DNA of 64,000 bases from Scenedesmus sp. PABB004 (GCA_014905635.1 JABVCE010000004.1:1364001-1428000), one strand, 5' to 3'. Shown: positions 35,840 to 49,300, counted from the first letter of the stretch. Notes: generated by a model not told the origin, from the letters alone. Numbers and translations: made by a program.

Positions 35840-38800
35840 ATGAGCGGGTGGCTCAGAGGGCTGGTGAAGGATGTGGTCTCGGGAGACACCGTCGTGCTGG
35901 TGGGCGCCAGCGCGGGCCCCGCGGTGCCCGCGGAGAAGCGCCTGACGCTGTCCAGCCTCGTCGCGCCGCGCCTGGTGAGCGGCGGCCCCGGCCGGAGCGC
36001 GGGGAGGCGGGGCGGGCGGCCTGGATCATCGCGGCAGCGGTTGCCCGCGCGCGCCGCGCTCGCTGAGCGCCGCCCCGCCGCGCAGGGCAAGCGCGACGGC
36101 ACCACTCGCGACGAGCCGTTCGCATGGGAGAGCCGGGAGTTCCTGCGCAAGAAACTGATCGGCCAGGCGCGGGCCGCTGCTGCTGCTGTTTCTGCCGCCG
36201 CCGCGTGCCGCCGCCGGGGACGGGCGCGCGCCTGATCGCGCCGCCCCCGCCTCCCGCAGGCCTGCGTGTTCAAGGTCGACTACACGGTGGAGGTGGCCGG
36301 CAACAAGGAGTTTGGCTCGATCATCCTGCAGAACGGCAGCGCGCAGGAAAACGTGGCGGTCAGCATCGTGCAGAACGGCTGGGCCAAGGTGTGGGCGTGG
36401 AGCGGCACCAGCGGCAGCAGCGGCAGCAGCAGCGGTGGCGCCAGCAGCAGCGGCAGCGGTGGTGGCAGGAGCGGCGGTGGCGGCGGCGCGGCCCGCGGCA
36501 GCGGCGGCGGCGGCTCACGCGCGGCGGCGGCGCCGCAGGTGCGCGAGTCGGGCGGCGGCGCTGCGCAGAAGCAGAGCCCCTACTATGACGACCTGGTCAA
36601 GGCGCAGGAGGCGGCGCAGGCCGGCGGCAAGGGTCTCTGGAACAAGGCGCGGCGCGGGCGCGGGGCCGCCCCGGCCGCGCCGCGCGGCCCTGCCCGCCCG
36701 CCCGCCCGCCCGCCCGCCCGCCGCTGCGCGCGCCGCGCCGCGCCGCGCCACGCCCACTCGCGCCGCGCCGCGCCGCACCCTGCAGGACCCCGGCGCGATC
36801 GCGGCGTCGCTCGCGCCGGCGCCGGCCGACTTCAACGCCATGTCGTTCTTTCAGAGCGTCGGCAAGGGCAAGCCCGTGGCGGGCGTGGTGGAGGCGGTGC
36901 TCAACGGCTCCACGCTGCGCCTCACGCTGCTGCCCGAGCGCACGCCCGTGACCGTGGCCGTGGCGGGCGTGCAGTGCCCCAACATGGGCAAGCGCCCGCC
37001 GCCCGCCGCGGCGCCAGCGCCGGCGGCCGCCAACGGCGACGCCGCGCCGGCGGCCAACGGCGACGCCGCGCCCGCCGCGGCGCCCGCGCCGCCGCCCGCG
37101 GCCGGCGGCGCGGTCACCGCCGCGAGCATCGCCGCCGCGGGCGTCGCGCCAGGCGGCGCCGGCGGCGCGGGCGCGCCGGGCGGTCCCGAGCCGCTCGCGC
37201 GCGAGGCCAAGTGGTTCACCGAGCGCCGCGCGCTCGGGCGCGAGGTGCGCGTCGTGCTGGAGGGCGTGGACAAGTACGGCAACCTCTTTGGCTCGGTCTT
37301 CTACCCCGAGGCCGAGAAGCCGGCCAACCTCGCCGAGGCGCTCATGAGCGCGGGGCTCGCGCGCGCGGTGGAGTGGGGGCTCGCGATGATGACCAACGGC
37401 GCGATGCGCCTGCGCGAGATGGAGCGCGCGTCCAAGGCGGCGAAGCGGGGCATCTGGGCCAACTACGTCCCCGCCAACACCGGCCAGACCAAGCTCAGCG
37501 ACTCGTTCCTCGGCCGCGTCGTGGAGGTCGTGTCGGGCGACACGATGGTCATCAAGGACGTCAACGCCGGCGTCGAGCGCCGCGTCTCGCTCAGCAGGTG
37601 CGCGCAGCAGCCGCGGCGCGCGCCGCGCACGACGCGCCGCGCCCCGCAGCGCCCCGCCCGCGCCGCGTCCCGCCTAACGCCCGCCCGCGCCGCGTCCGCG
37701 CCCGCCGCTGCGTGCGCGCGCGCCGCGCAGCATCCGCGCGCCGCGCGCGGGCGGGCGCGACCGCGCGCCCGAGCCGCACGGCCTCGACGCGCGCGAGTTC
37801 CTGCGCAAGCGCTTCATCGGCAAGGAGGTCACCGTCAAGATGGAGTACACGCGCCGCATCGGCCCCGCGCCGCCGCAGCCCACCGACGGCGCGGCGCCCG
37901 CGGCCGACGTGAGGGCGCGGCGCGCGCGCGCGGCCGACGCTGCCGTCGCCGCGGCGGCAGGGCCCGCGCGCTCACCGCGCGCCCGCCGCAACCGCGCGCA
38001 GGACCGCGGCACGATGAGCTTTGGCGGCGTGGAGCTCAACCACGGGCGCGAGGGCGAGGACCGCAACGCGGCCGAGATGGTCGTCGCGCGGGGCTTTGCC
38101 TCGGTCATCCGCCACCGCAGCGACGAGGAGCGCAGCAGCGTGTACGAGGCGCTCGTGGACCTCGAGGAGAAGGCCAAGCAGGTGGGCGCCCCGACACGGA
38201 CGCCCCGCCCCGCGCCCCGCCCCGCGGCCGCGGGGGCGGCCGGGCTCGCTCGGGCGGCCGCGCCGGCCGCGCCGGCCCGTGGGCCGCGCTGACGCGCACG
38301 CGCCGCCGCCGCGCGCCGACCTGCAGGCCAAGCGCGGCATCCACAGCAGCAAGGAGGTGGCGGTGCCGCGCGTGAACGACGTGTCCACGCCCGGCAACGG
38401 CGCGCGCGCCAAGCAGTACCTGCCCTTCCTCCAGCGCGCCGGCAAGGTCGCGGGCGTGGTGGAGATGGTCTCCAGTGGTGCGCGCGCGCACGCACGCCGC
38501 CGCAGCCGCCGCGGCCGCGGCCGCTGCTCGCGCGCGGCGCCGCCGCGGCCGCCAGGGCAGCGCACGCGCGCCGCGCCCGACGCCGGCGCCGGCGCCCTGA
38601 CCCGCGCGCCCCGTGTGGCCCCGGCAGGGCACCGTCTGAAGATCCACATCCCCAAGGAGGGCGTGACCATCGCCATGGCGCCCAGCGGCGTGCGCGCGCC
38701 GCAGCGCCCCATGCCCGCCATGGGCGGCCGCCCCGCCGCGCCGGGCGAGCCGCACGGCGACGAGGCGTACGCGTGGACGCGCGAGCACTTCAACCAGCGC

Positions 38801-39561
38801 GAGGTGGGCGCCGGCCGCTGCCGCGCCGCGCCCTCGCCGCGCGGCGCCCCGCCCCGCCCCGCCGCCGCGCCGCCGCCTGCGCGCGCACACGCGCGCGCCC
38901 ACCGCCGCGCCGTGCTGCGCCCACCGCCGCGCCCACCGCCGCAGGTCGAGATTGAGGTTGAGACCGCCGACAAGGGCGGCACGTTCCTGGGCACCATCAC
39001 GCTGCCCGGGCCCAAGCCCGTGTCGCTCGGCCACGCGCTTGCGCGCATGGGCCTCGCCAAGACGCAGCCCTTCTTCGCCGCCGAGCGCGTCAAGGGCGGC
39101 GCGGAGCTCATGGCCGCGATCCAGGCCGCCAAGGAGGCGCGGCTCAAGGTGACCGCGCGCCGCGCGGCGGCGCGCGGAGGGTGCGCGGAGGGCGCGGCGC
39201 GCGGCAGGGCCTCGCCGAGCCGCGCGGCGCGCGCGTGCGCTCGCCCGCAGATCTGGTCCAACTGGACCCCCGAGGACGACGCGGTGGCGACGGGCGGCGA
39301 CGACGACGCGGCGCCGGGGTCGTCGGCGCCGGGCGGCGGCGAGACGCTGGCCGTGACGGTGACCGAGGTCGTGGACGGCGGCGAGTTCTTCGTCCAGAGC
39401 GCGACTGAGCCGCGCGTCGCGTGGCTGGAGGAGCAGCTGCGCACCCTGGGGCTCGAGGACGCGCCGCCGGGCACGGGCCTGGTGCAGGGCGCGCAGTGCG
39501 TGGGGCAGTTCAGCCTGGACAACAACTGGTGCGCGCCGCTGCCGCCGCCGGGCCTCTCTCT

Positions 39562-39631
<70 letters not shown>

Positions 39632-40362
39632 GCCCCCGCCCCCGCCCCCGCCCCCGCCCCCGCCCCCGCCCCCGCCCCGCACAGGTACCGCGGCTACGTC
39701 GAGCGCGTGTCGCCGACCGAGCCCAAGTACGAGGTCTTCTTCGTCGACTTTGGCAACCGCGAGGCGCTGCCCAGCGACCGCGTGCGGCCCATCGACGCGG
39801 CGCTCGCGGCGGTGCCGCCGCAGGCGCGCCCCGCCGCGCTCGCGTACCTGCGCGTGCCCGGCCTCGACGAGGAGTTTGGCGCCGACGCGGCGGCGACGCT
39901 CGCCGCGCTCGTGGGCGGCGGGCGGCGCTTCACGGCGACCGTCGTGCGGCGCGAGCGCGGCGGCGGCGCGCGCGAGAAGCACCCGCGCAAGGCGGCGGAC
40001 AAGCTGTTTGTGAGCCTCGTGTCCGAGGACGGCGAGGTCGACGTGGCCAAGGAGATGCTGCTCGCGGGCATGGCGCGCCTGCCCAAGCTGCACAAGGTGC
40101 GCGGCGCGGGCCGCAACGCGCGGCGGCGGCGGCGGCGCGCGCGCGTGTGCCGCGCGTGCGGGGGCGGCGCCGCTCACCCGCCCGCCCGCCGCGTCATCTG
40201 CAGGTGCGCGACCCGGTGGCCAAGGCTGCGATCAGCGCGCTGATGGACCAACAGGATGAGGCGCGCAAGGGGCACACGGGCATGTGGGAGTACGGCGACC
40301 CCGGGGACAGCGACGACGAGGAGCCCGCCCCCCGCCCTGCCTGGGGCAAGCCCAAGAAGTGA
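35840..40362 (+). CDS. TSN: Tudor staphylococcal nuclease (Tudor-SN/SND1)
   Basis: MSGWLRGLVKDVVSGDTVVL, EPFAWESREFLRKKLIG, repeated SN domains, Tudor domain WYRG...FVDFGNRE, C-terminal GMWEYGD; 12 introns, 2 GC-AG. Confidence 0.96.
39553..39679. repeat. Compound microsatellite (CT)n-(CA)n-(CCCCCG)n filling most of a Tudor-SN intron
   Basis: Read directly at 39553-39679. Confidence 0.9.
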
Positions 40363-40863
40363 GGCCGCGGCGGCGGCAGGTCAGGGCCCTCGGGCAGGCG
40401 GCAGGTCAGGGCCCTCGGGGCAGGCGGGCGGCGTGTGACCCCGGAGGGTGGCACTGGTGTCAGAGTTCACTGCTGGCTCCCGGGGGCGCACGCTCGCGCG
40501 GTGCGCAGCGCCCCGCACTCCGGCTGATCTGGCTGCTCGTCAGTTTTGTGCCTGCAGCCGCGCCAGCGCCGGGCTGGCCGGCTCGCGCGTGGAGGGGTGT
40601 CCGTTTGGCCGCAACGCATGCCGCGGGCGCGCGCGCCGCGCCGTCGCGTCGGCGGCGGCGGTCGCGCCCGCGCCGAACTCGCTGCCGCTGCTGCCGGCGC
40701 CGTGATCGGCGCGCGCGCGGAGCAAGTTTTGGTCGTCGTCGCGGGCATTCGTGGTAATTCTCTTGCTCGTCACACCGCGCCACGGGTCCGCGCGCCTGCG
40801 CTGCGTCTCGCAGCAGCGCAGACGGGCGGGGGAGCCAGCGGGTGCCGCGCTGCCAGGCCAGGG

Positions 40864-41434
40864 TCACGCCGCCGCGGCCTCGTCGGGCGTTTTGGTGCTC
40901 ATCGAGTCGACCGCGTGCACCGCGTCCTGCAGCTCCAGCCAGATGGCCTGCGCGGCGCGAGCCGGGCAGCGGCGTCAAGGCGCGGCGACGGCGGCGCGGC
41001 GCCCACCGGCCGCGCCAGGCTGGCCTGGATGCAGCGGGGCGCACCTTGTAGACCATGCGCTGCCGCTGCACGCTGTTCTTGCCCTCAAACGCGGCCGCCA
41101 CGACGTCGATGTTGACGTGCCGGCCGTCGCCGTACACGTCAGACACCGACACGCGCTGCGCCTCCAGCGCCTCCGTGATCTTGGCCGTCATGCTCTCCAT
41201 GAGCTCCGCGCTCATCTGGCCCGCCTGGGCGGCGGCGGGGTCGGCGGCACGAGCGACGACGCCGCTGCTCCGACGCGCCGGCGCGCCCGCACCGCGGCGC
41301 TGCGCCGCCGCCAGAGCGGGGCGGCGCACGAGCACGGCGGGGCGGCCAGGTGTCATGGGGAGCCTGGCGGGGGCCGCGCGCGGCCGCGCCAGGGCGGCGC
41401 TCGCCGCCGCGCGCGGGGCTGCAGCTGCTGCCAT
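40864..41434 (-). CDS. BOLA4: BolA-family protein (BOLA4-like), organelle-targeted
   Basis: [67 protein letters not shown]; 1 intron; transit-like N-terminus. Confidence 0.93.
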
Positions 41435-41735
41435 GACAGGTGGTGCGCGGGCTGCGTGCGGTGACCGCAGTGTGCGGGCGCGAGGGCTGGGCACACAACG
41501 CGCCGGGGGGAGGGCGTGCGGGCTTGTCAGGAGCGTGGCAAAGGGCGAAAAACGCGGTGGTTTGCGGCAGCAGCGCGGACCGCCCCCCGCGCCGTCCTCA
41601 ATGTCGCTGACACCGCCAAGTGCCATCCGTCGCGCCCTGCCCGCGAGCCCAGCGCACCGGCGCCCGCCTGCCCCCGAGCCAATTGCGTCCTCCCGCGCCC
41701 TGCGCGCCAGCATGCGCCGGCGTTGAGCGGCCACG

Positions 41736-44700
41736 ATGCGTCCGGCCGCGATGGCGGGCTGCGGCGCGGCGCCGCGCCAGGCGCCGCTGGCAGCAGCGAC
41801 GCCGCCGCCGCGCGGCGGCCAGCCGCCGCGCCGCGCCGGCCGCGGCCCGGCCGCGGCGCGCGCCGCGCCGGCCGTCGCCGACGCCCGGGCGGCCCTGGAG
41901 GCGGTGGACCTCATCCGCTGGCCCGAGGGCGCGCGGCCGAAGCGCGGCGGCGTGACCAAGGCGGCGCTCGTCGGCCGGCTCAAGGTGAGCTGGCGGCGGC
42001 GGGCGCGGCGGCGCGCGGGCAGCAGCAGCGGGTGGCGGTGGGTGGGCCGCGCGCGGCGCCCGCCGCCGACGCCAGCCCGCGCCGCCGCTGCGCAGGCCTC
42101 GGAGCTGCGCGCCGAGCTGGAGCGCCTCGGCGGCGACGCGAGCGGGACGAAGGAGCAGCTCGCCGAGCGGCTGCTGGCCGCCGTCACCGCCGCGGCTGGC
42201 GCCGGCGATGAGGCAGCCGCACCAGCAGCGGCAGCCTTGCCGGCGGCCTTGCCGGCGGACGCAGGGGCAGCCGCGCCGCGCAGGACGCCGCGGTGGCGCT
42301 CGACGGCCGCCACGCTGCCCGCGGCAGCCCAGCGGCCGCAGCAGCAGCAGGTGGAGCAGCAGCAGCAGGTGGAGCAGCAGCAGCCGCAGCAGCCAAAGGA
42401 GCAGCCGCAGCAGCCGCCGCGGGCGCAAGCGAGCGCGGCGCAGCCGGCGGCGCGCAGGCACGGCGCGTCGGTGCAGCCGGGCGGCGTCGCGCCGCTCGAC
42501 CCCGCCGAGGCGGCGCGCGTCGCGGCGGCGGCGGGCGTGGACCTGGGCGCGCTGCCGCCGCTCGTGGAGCGCGCGCGGGGGCACGTGTATGACGCGGCAG
42601 AGCTGCACCTGACAGAGGAGGAGCGCGAGGCCGTGCTCAAGGTGCGCCGCCCCGCCCCGCCCCGGCAGGCCGCGCGCGGCGCCCCGGCGACGGGCCCCGC
42701 GCGCCGCGCCGCGGGGCTCAGCGCCGCGCCGCGCCGCGCCGCGCCGCAGTCGATGCGCTCCGGGCTGGCGCTCACCATGCTCGGCGGCGCGGCCGGCGAC
42801 GCGGCGCTCGGGGAGGGCGCGCCGCCGTGCGTCGCGCTCGTGCGCGAGCGCGACGTGTGGCTCTTTGACGTCGGCGAGGACACGCAGCGCGCGCTCATGG
42901 CGCGCGAGCACCTGCGCCCCTCCAAGGTGCGCGCGCGCGCGGTCCGCGCGCGCCTGCACGCAGCCGCCGCCGCTGCTGCCGAAAAAGGCCGCCCCGGCCC
43001 CTGAGCGTCACCGCCTGCTGCCCCGGTCGGCCCCTATGCCCTGCTCCCCCGCCCCCGGTGGTCCCCCCCCCCCCCGTGGTCCCCCCAGATGCACCGCATC
43101 GTCATAACGCGCCAGGCGCCCGACGCGCTGCTGGGCCTGCCGGGCGCGCTGTGCGTGATCGGGGCGTCGCGCGAGAAGGGCCACGAGACCGCCGACATCC
43201 CGGTGCACGTGTACGGCCCCGAGGGCACCGCCGCCTTCCTCAGCACACTCTACGAGGTGCAACGCGCCACGCCGCGGGCCGCGACGCGCCTCGCACCGCG
43301 CCGCCGCGGGCCGCGCCGCGGCCACCGCGCCGCGGGCCGCGCCGCCGGGGGCGCCGCCGGCGCGCGGGGGGGGGGGGGCGGGTGGGCCCTCCCCCGCTCA
43401 CCCCGGCGCGCGCGCCCGCGGCCGGCGCCGACCGCGCGCAGTGCTCCAACACCTTCCTGGAGATGCCGGTCGTGGTGCACGAGTTTGTCGCGCGCGCGGT
43501 GCCGCCCGAGGCCGCCGCGCCGGAGCAGCTCAACGCGCGCGCCAAGCTGTGGCGCGCGCTCATGCCGCCCGACCAGCTCAACCCGCTGGGAGCCATCGAC
43601 GGCGGGCTCGAGGCGTTCATGCCCATGCAGGCGCGCACGGCCACCACGCGCGCCGGGCCGTGCGTCCCGCGCCACGCGCGCCCTCCGCGGCGGGGCCCCC
43701 GCCGCGACGCGCGCCCGCGCCGCAACGCGCGCCCGCGCCGCCGCGCCGCGCCGCGCCGCGCCGCGCGCAGGGCCGCGCGCGCTTCAAGCGCGGCGCGCGC
43801 GCGCCCGGCGGCGTGCTGGCGAAGAACCCGCGCGCCGGGTACCGACCGATGCCGCCGCCGCCGCCGGGGGACCCGGGCCTCGAGGGGCGCCTGCCGGTGG
43901 GCGCGCTGACGTGGACGGTCGTCGCGGACGAGGCGGCGCTGCTGACCGCGGTCGCGCTCGACGCCGACGCGCCGACCTGGGGCGTTGTGTGGCGCGAGAC
44001 CGACCGCCAGGGCAACCTCAGCGTGCCGCGCTGCGAGGCGCTGGGCGTCGTCGACGGTGCGGCGCGCGGCCTGGCGGCCCGCCGCGGCGGCTCGCGGCTC
44101 GTGCATCCTCACTCACCGCCACCGCCACCCCACACCCGACCGCGCGCACAAACCACCCCCGCCCACGCGCACAGAGTCGCAGTACCGTGACGCGAAGAAC
44201 GGCCGCCCCGTGACCAACAAGGACGGCGTGCTCATCCCGGCGGGCCTCGTGTGCAGCCCCGACAAGCCCGGGCGCCGCATCGCGCTGCTGCCGCCGTGCG
44301 CAAGCGCCGACAGCATGGCGGCGCTCGCGGCGGGCGCGGACGTGCTGCTCGGCGCCGCGGGCGCGGGCGCCGTCGGCGGCGGCGCGCTCGGGCGCGGCCT
44401 CGGCGAGCTCGCGCAGGCGTGGCGCGTGCGGCACCTTGTCGTCACGGGCCTGCCCGCCGGCGGCGCCGGCGCGGCGGGCGCGGAGGAGGCCGCTGGCGGC
44501 GCCGCCGCCGACGCGGTGCTGTCCGCGGTGCGGCGCGCGTACGTGAGCGGGCCGGCGCTGCCCGGGCGCGAGGGCCTGTCGCTCATCTTGGAGGAGAACC
44601 TGGGCGAGCTGGAGCCGGGGCCGCCGGACATGGCCGACAAGACCGCGGTCGCGCGCGCGACGAGCCTCGCCGCCGAGCCCGCGGTCGACCCCGCGACGCA

Positions 44701-44959
44701 GGAGCGGCAGCGCGAGGCCGCGCGCGAGCGCGCGGCGCGCGGCGGCGGCGCGCACCGCGCGATGCGCGACTGGCAGCAGGCGGGCCGGCGCGGCGGCGGC
44801 GGCGGCGGCGGGGGCCGCGGCGGCGGCGGCGGCGGCGGCGGCCGCGGCGGGGGCGCGCAGTGGGGGCGCGAGCCGGCGTGGAAGCACGGCGGCGGCGGCC
44901 GGGGCCCCGGCCGCGGCGGCCGCGGCGGCCACGGCGGCGGCGGAAGGCACATGCGGTGA
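41736..44959 (+). CDS. SAP-domain + tRNase Z-like (metallo-beta-lactamase) protein with degenerate active site and RGG-rich tail
   Basis: [31 protein letters not shown]. RNase Z-like: [41 protein letters not shown], exosite CEALGV...[15 protein letters not shown]...PGRRI, GADVLL. 6 introns; TGA ends at 44959. Confidence 0.85.
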
Positions 44960-45021
44960 AGGGCCTGGTCGCAGAGCTCGGGGGCGCCCTCTGCGCCCAG
45001 TGCAATTTCCCATGTCAACTC

Positions 45022-45697
45022 GCGGCGGCAGGAGCGCGGGCGCAGCGGCGAGCGCGCGCGGCGACACGGCAGCCGGAGCCGCAGCGGGGCCGGCGGCGCG
45101 GCAGCAGGAGCCGCAGCGGGGGCCGCGGCGGGCGCGGCCGGCCGTAGCTGGCGCGCGCTGCCGGCGGCGACGGTGCCGGCGGCGGCGGCGACGCGTCCCT
45201 CGCCGCGCACCCCGGCAGGCTGTTGGCTGGGGGCGCAGCCCTGCAGAGCGTGTTTTCTGCGCGCCCGCCCTCGGCCGGCCCACCGCGGGGGAGCTGCGTG
45301 GGCGGCGAGCGCAGCGAGGTGGCCGTGGCGATGGAAGGCACTTGTAGATATTTGTGGGGGGCGGTTGCCCGTGGATCCGCTGCCCGCCGCTGCCGGTGGG
45401 CGGCGCTGCGTGAGCGCTCGACTGCAACGGCGGCCCGCCGGGCACGCCCGCGGCCTCGGCGCGCCGCCTACGCCCCGGCGCGCGCTGCCGCTCCCGCTGC
45501 CGCGCCCGCGGCGCCCCCGATCGCGCCCCCCTCGCGCCGGGCGTGCAGACCGGCCCACGGAGAGACGCCTGAGCAGCCTCCCAGGGACGCGAGCGCGGCG
45601 ACGGGCACGCCCACCACGCGCACAGCCCCCCCGCGCACGCGAGCCCGCCCGCGCCCGGCGCGGCGCGGCGGTCGTGCCAGAGCGAGCAGCGGCGACG
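45022..45697 (+). repeat. Left arm of a ~675-bp inverted repeat (copy of the MMTAG2-like gene 3' end)
   Basis: Reverse complement of 51468-52139; includes ...RRQERGRSGER...GRP-stop (TAG 45145-45147) and the downstream region, e.g. atggaaggcacttgtagatatttgtgg. Confidence 0.97.
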
Positions 45698-46313
45698 TGC
45701 AGGCGCGTGAGCAGCGTCGGGCGGGGCGCCACGAGACGCCGGCAGGGGCGGGGCGCCGCCCAGCGGGGCGCCAGGTGCGGCAGCGGCGCGCCGTGGCGTG
45801 CCGGTGGGGTGGTGAGCGCTGTGGCAGCGCGGGCGCGGCGCGGGCGCGTCGGCGGGGCCCGCGGGGCGAGGCTGTGCTGCCGCCCGGCGCGGCGCGGCGC
45901 CCAGCGGTCGCGGCGCGGCGCCTGGCGCGGGCCTCGCGGCCTCCCCCCGCCATGGCCGCGAGGGGCGGAGCCTCGGAGGGCGGGCTGGGCGCGGGCAGTC
46001 AACATGCGGCCGGCCCCCCTCCCCGGCCATGCCCGGCCCCCGGACTGGCCGGCGCCGGCGGGGTGGAGCCGGGGGAGCACGCGGCGCATCCGGGACCGCG
46101 CAGCCGGACCGGTCGAGGGGTGCCCCCTCTGTACTCGCTGCTGAGCATGCGCCCCTCGCGCCCGCAACCGGCTCGCCACGCAGGGCCTGAAGTAGATCGA
46201 GGACCAGCAGCCAGTCGGGCCCCGCTCGCCGACGCGGATGCGTGCGGCGGCGCGGCGGCTGAGACGGCGCCGCGCGCGCAGCGCGACAGCGGCGCGTGCC
46301 TGAGCAGGAGCGG

Positions 46314-49300
46314 ATGGAGCCGAGCGGCGGGCGCCCGGGCGCCGCCGCCGCGCAAGGTGCGCGCGCGCGCCGCGAGCGCAGCGGGGCGGCGGCGGCGGCG
46401 GCGCGCCGAGGCCCGCGCCGAGGCCCGCGCCCCGCGCGCGCCGCAGGCGGCGGCGGCCCGGCGGCCCCGCGGCCGGGCGGCGACGCCGAGCAGGCGGCGG
46501 CGCTGCTGAGGAGCCAGGCGGACGCAGACATCTTTGACGACCTCTTCAGCAAGTGGGGCCGCGACGACGTCGGCGAGGAGGTGCGCGGCGCGAGCGCGCG
46601 GCGCGAGCGCGCGGCAGCGGTGGCAGCCGGCGCGGCACGCTCACGCGCGCGGCCGCCGCACCCCCGCGCAGGCGAGCATGGCTGGCTTTGATGACCTGCT
46701 CTGGGCGGACGAGGGCGCGGCCGCGGCGGCCGCCGCGAGCATGGGCTGGCAGCGCACGGCGACGCCGGGCCTGCTGGCGGCGGCGGCGGCCACGCAGCAG
46801 CAGCTGGCCAAGCCCGGCGCCGCCGGGCGCGACGTGGCGGCCGCGGTGTCGGCGGCGGCGGTGGCGGCGGCGAGCCAGCGGCAGCTGCTCGGGCAGCAGC
46901 TGCTCTTTGGCGCGGGGATGGAGAAGCCGCAGTGCAGCGACGACGGCAAGGCCAGCGCGGGCGGCGCGGCGTCGGGGCAGGGCGACGCGCCCCGGTCCGT
47001 GCCGTGCTCGGCGCCGGCCGCGCCCGAGGCGCAGCACCCCGGCTCGGTGATGCCGGCAGAGCTGCCCGCAGGCGGCGGCGACGCGGCGACGGCGGCCGCG
47101 GCCGCGGCGGCAGCAGCGGCGGCGAGCCAGCTCGCGTTTGGCGCGAGCGCGGCGCAGCAGACCGCGGCGCTGCAGCTGCAGCTCGCAGCGCTCGCGCCGG
47201 GCGTGGCCGCGGGCCGCCACCTGACGCCCCAGCTGGCGCAGCAGTCGTTGCTGCAGCTGCAGCTCCAGCTGGCCCAGCAGCAGCAGCAGCTGCAGGGCCT
47301 GCTGCCGCCCGGCCTCAGCGGCCTGCTCGCGTACCAGCTCGGCGCGCAGCAGCAGCAGCAGCAGCAGCAGACGCAGCAGACGCAGCAGACGCAGCAGCAG
47401 CTGGCGCAGCTGGTGCAGCCGGCGGGCGGCGCTGGCGGGGGGAGCGGCTCGCTCCCGAGCAGCAGCTACGGCGCCGACGCGACGGCGGCGGTCGCGGCCG
47501 CAGCGGCGGCGACCGCGGCGTCTGCGCTGCAGGCGAGCGCGTGGCAGCAGCAGCAGCGCCCCGGCGGGCTGCCCGCGGGCCTGCCGTTCCCCGGCGCCGG
47601 CCCCGGCCCGGGCCCGGGTCCGTATGGGCCCTTTGGCCTCCCCGTGTCGGCGCCACTGCCCTTCCCGGCGGCGGGCGGGCTGTTCGGGCCGGCCGCGATG
47701 TATGGCGCGGCGGCGGCCGCCGCCGCTGCGGCGGCCGCGGCCCAGGCGCCCGCGGGTCAGCTCTTCTGGCAGCAGACCGCGCTGCAGCAGAGCCTGCAGG
47801 CGCAGGCGCAGGCCCAGGCGCAGGCGCGACTGCTACAGGAGCAGCAGCCCGTGGACGCGCCGGCCGGCGGCCGGAGCTCGCTCTCGGGCGCCGCCGGCGA
47901 GGGCCAGGCGCAGCCGGGGGCGTTCATGCCGCCGCCACCGCCCCCGGCCTCGGCCCCGGCCGCGGGCCACATGGGCCTGATGGGCCCGCCGCCGCCGCAC
48001 GCGCCCACGAACGCGCCTGCGGAGGGCCGCGCGGCAGCTGCCGCCAGCGCGGCAGCGGGCGCCGCCGCCAGGGCGGCCGCGGCAGGCGGCGCGCCGCCGC
48101 TGGGGCTGCTGCCCGGGCTCGGGCCCCTGCCGGCACCCGCGGACCTGCTCGCCGCGCTCGGCCTGGCGGCCGGCGGCGCGCAGCTCGGGGGCCTGCCGGG
48201 CCTGCCGGGCCTGCCCGGCCTCGCGCAGCTCCTGGGCCAGCCGGGCGCCCCGCCGGGCGCGCCCCCGCTGTTCCCCGGCAGCTGGCCGCTGCACCTCGCG
48301 GGGCTGCTGCGGCCGCCGCCGGTGCAGCCGACGAGCTTCCTGCAGCTCGCGCTGATGATGCAGTCGGCGGTGCAGGCGGGCAGCGGGCAGGGCGGCGGCG
48401 ACACCGAGCAGGCGGCCATGGTGGTGTCGGCGCTGCAGGGCCTCGCCGCCAACATGCGGGCCAACATGCGCCTGCTGGTGCCCTGGGGCGCGGCGCCCAC
48501 GCCCTGGGCGGCCGCGGCGCCGCGGCCGGCCGCGCCGCAGCAGGAGCTGCTCAACGGCAGCTGCCTCGCGAGCGGCCCGGTGCTGGGGCGGCAGCTGTCC
48601 AGCAGCCACGCGACGGACGTCTCGGGCCAGGCCGCCGGCCTGCCGGGCTGCCACAGCCACTCCACGGTCCCGACCGCCCTCCCCGGCGGCCTCGAGCTCG
48701 GCAGCAGCGAGTTTGCGGCCGCGGTGGCCGCGGCCGGCGGCGAGTTCCCGCTGCAGGCGATGGTGCCGGGCGCGGCCGAGGCCGCCGAGGCCGCCGCCGA
48801 GGCGCGGCAGCGCGCGAAGCGCAAGCTGCGGCAGGCCGAGAATCGCGTGGTGCAGTATGAGATCCGCAAGGTCCGCGCCAACAACCGCGTGCGCGTGAAG
48901 GGCCGCTTCGTCAAGATGGGGCCCAACGGTGAGCAGGGCGGCGGCGGCGGCGGCGGCGGCGCCGCCCGCACGGCAGCGGCGCAGGCAGCGCCCCGGCACA
49001 CGCGCGGCCACGGCTCACCGCGCGCCGCTGCCGCCGCCGGCGCAGGCCCGATCCTGCCGGGCGCCGCGGGCGCCGCGGGGCACCACCCGCAGCACAGCCG
49101 CAGCGACCACGAGGCGTCTGAGGGGGAGCTGAGCGACCTCGACGCCCACGCACGGCCCGGCTGCAGCGGCGCGCGCCACGCCGCGGCCGGCAGCGGCGGC
49201 AGCCCGCACCGCGCGGCCGGCGAGCCGGTGCTGCCGCCGGCGGGCGACGCGCCCGCGCCGCCGTCACCGCGCGCGCCTGCGGCTGGGCCGCCGACCGGCA

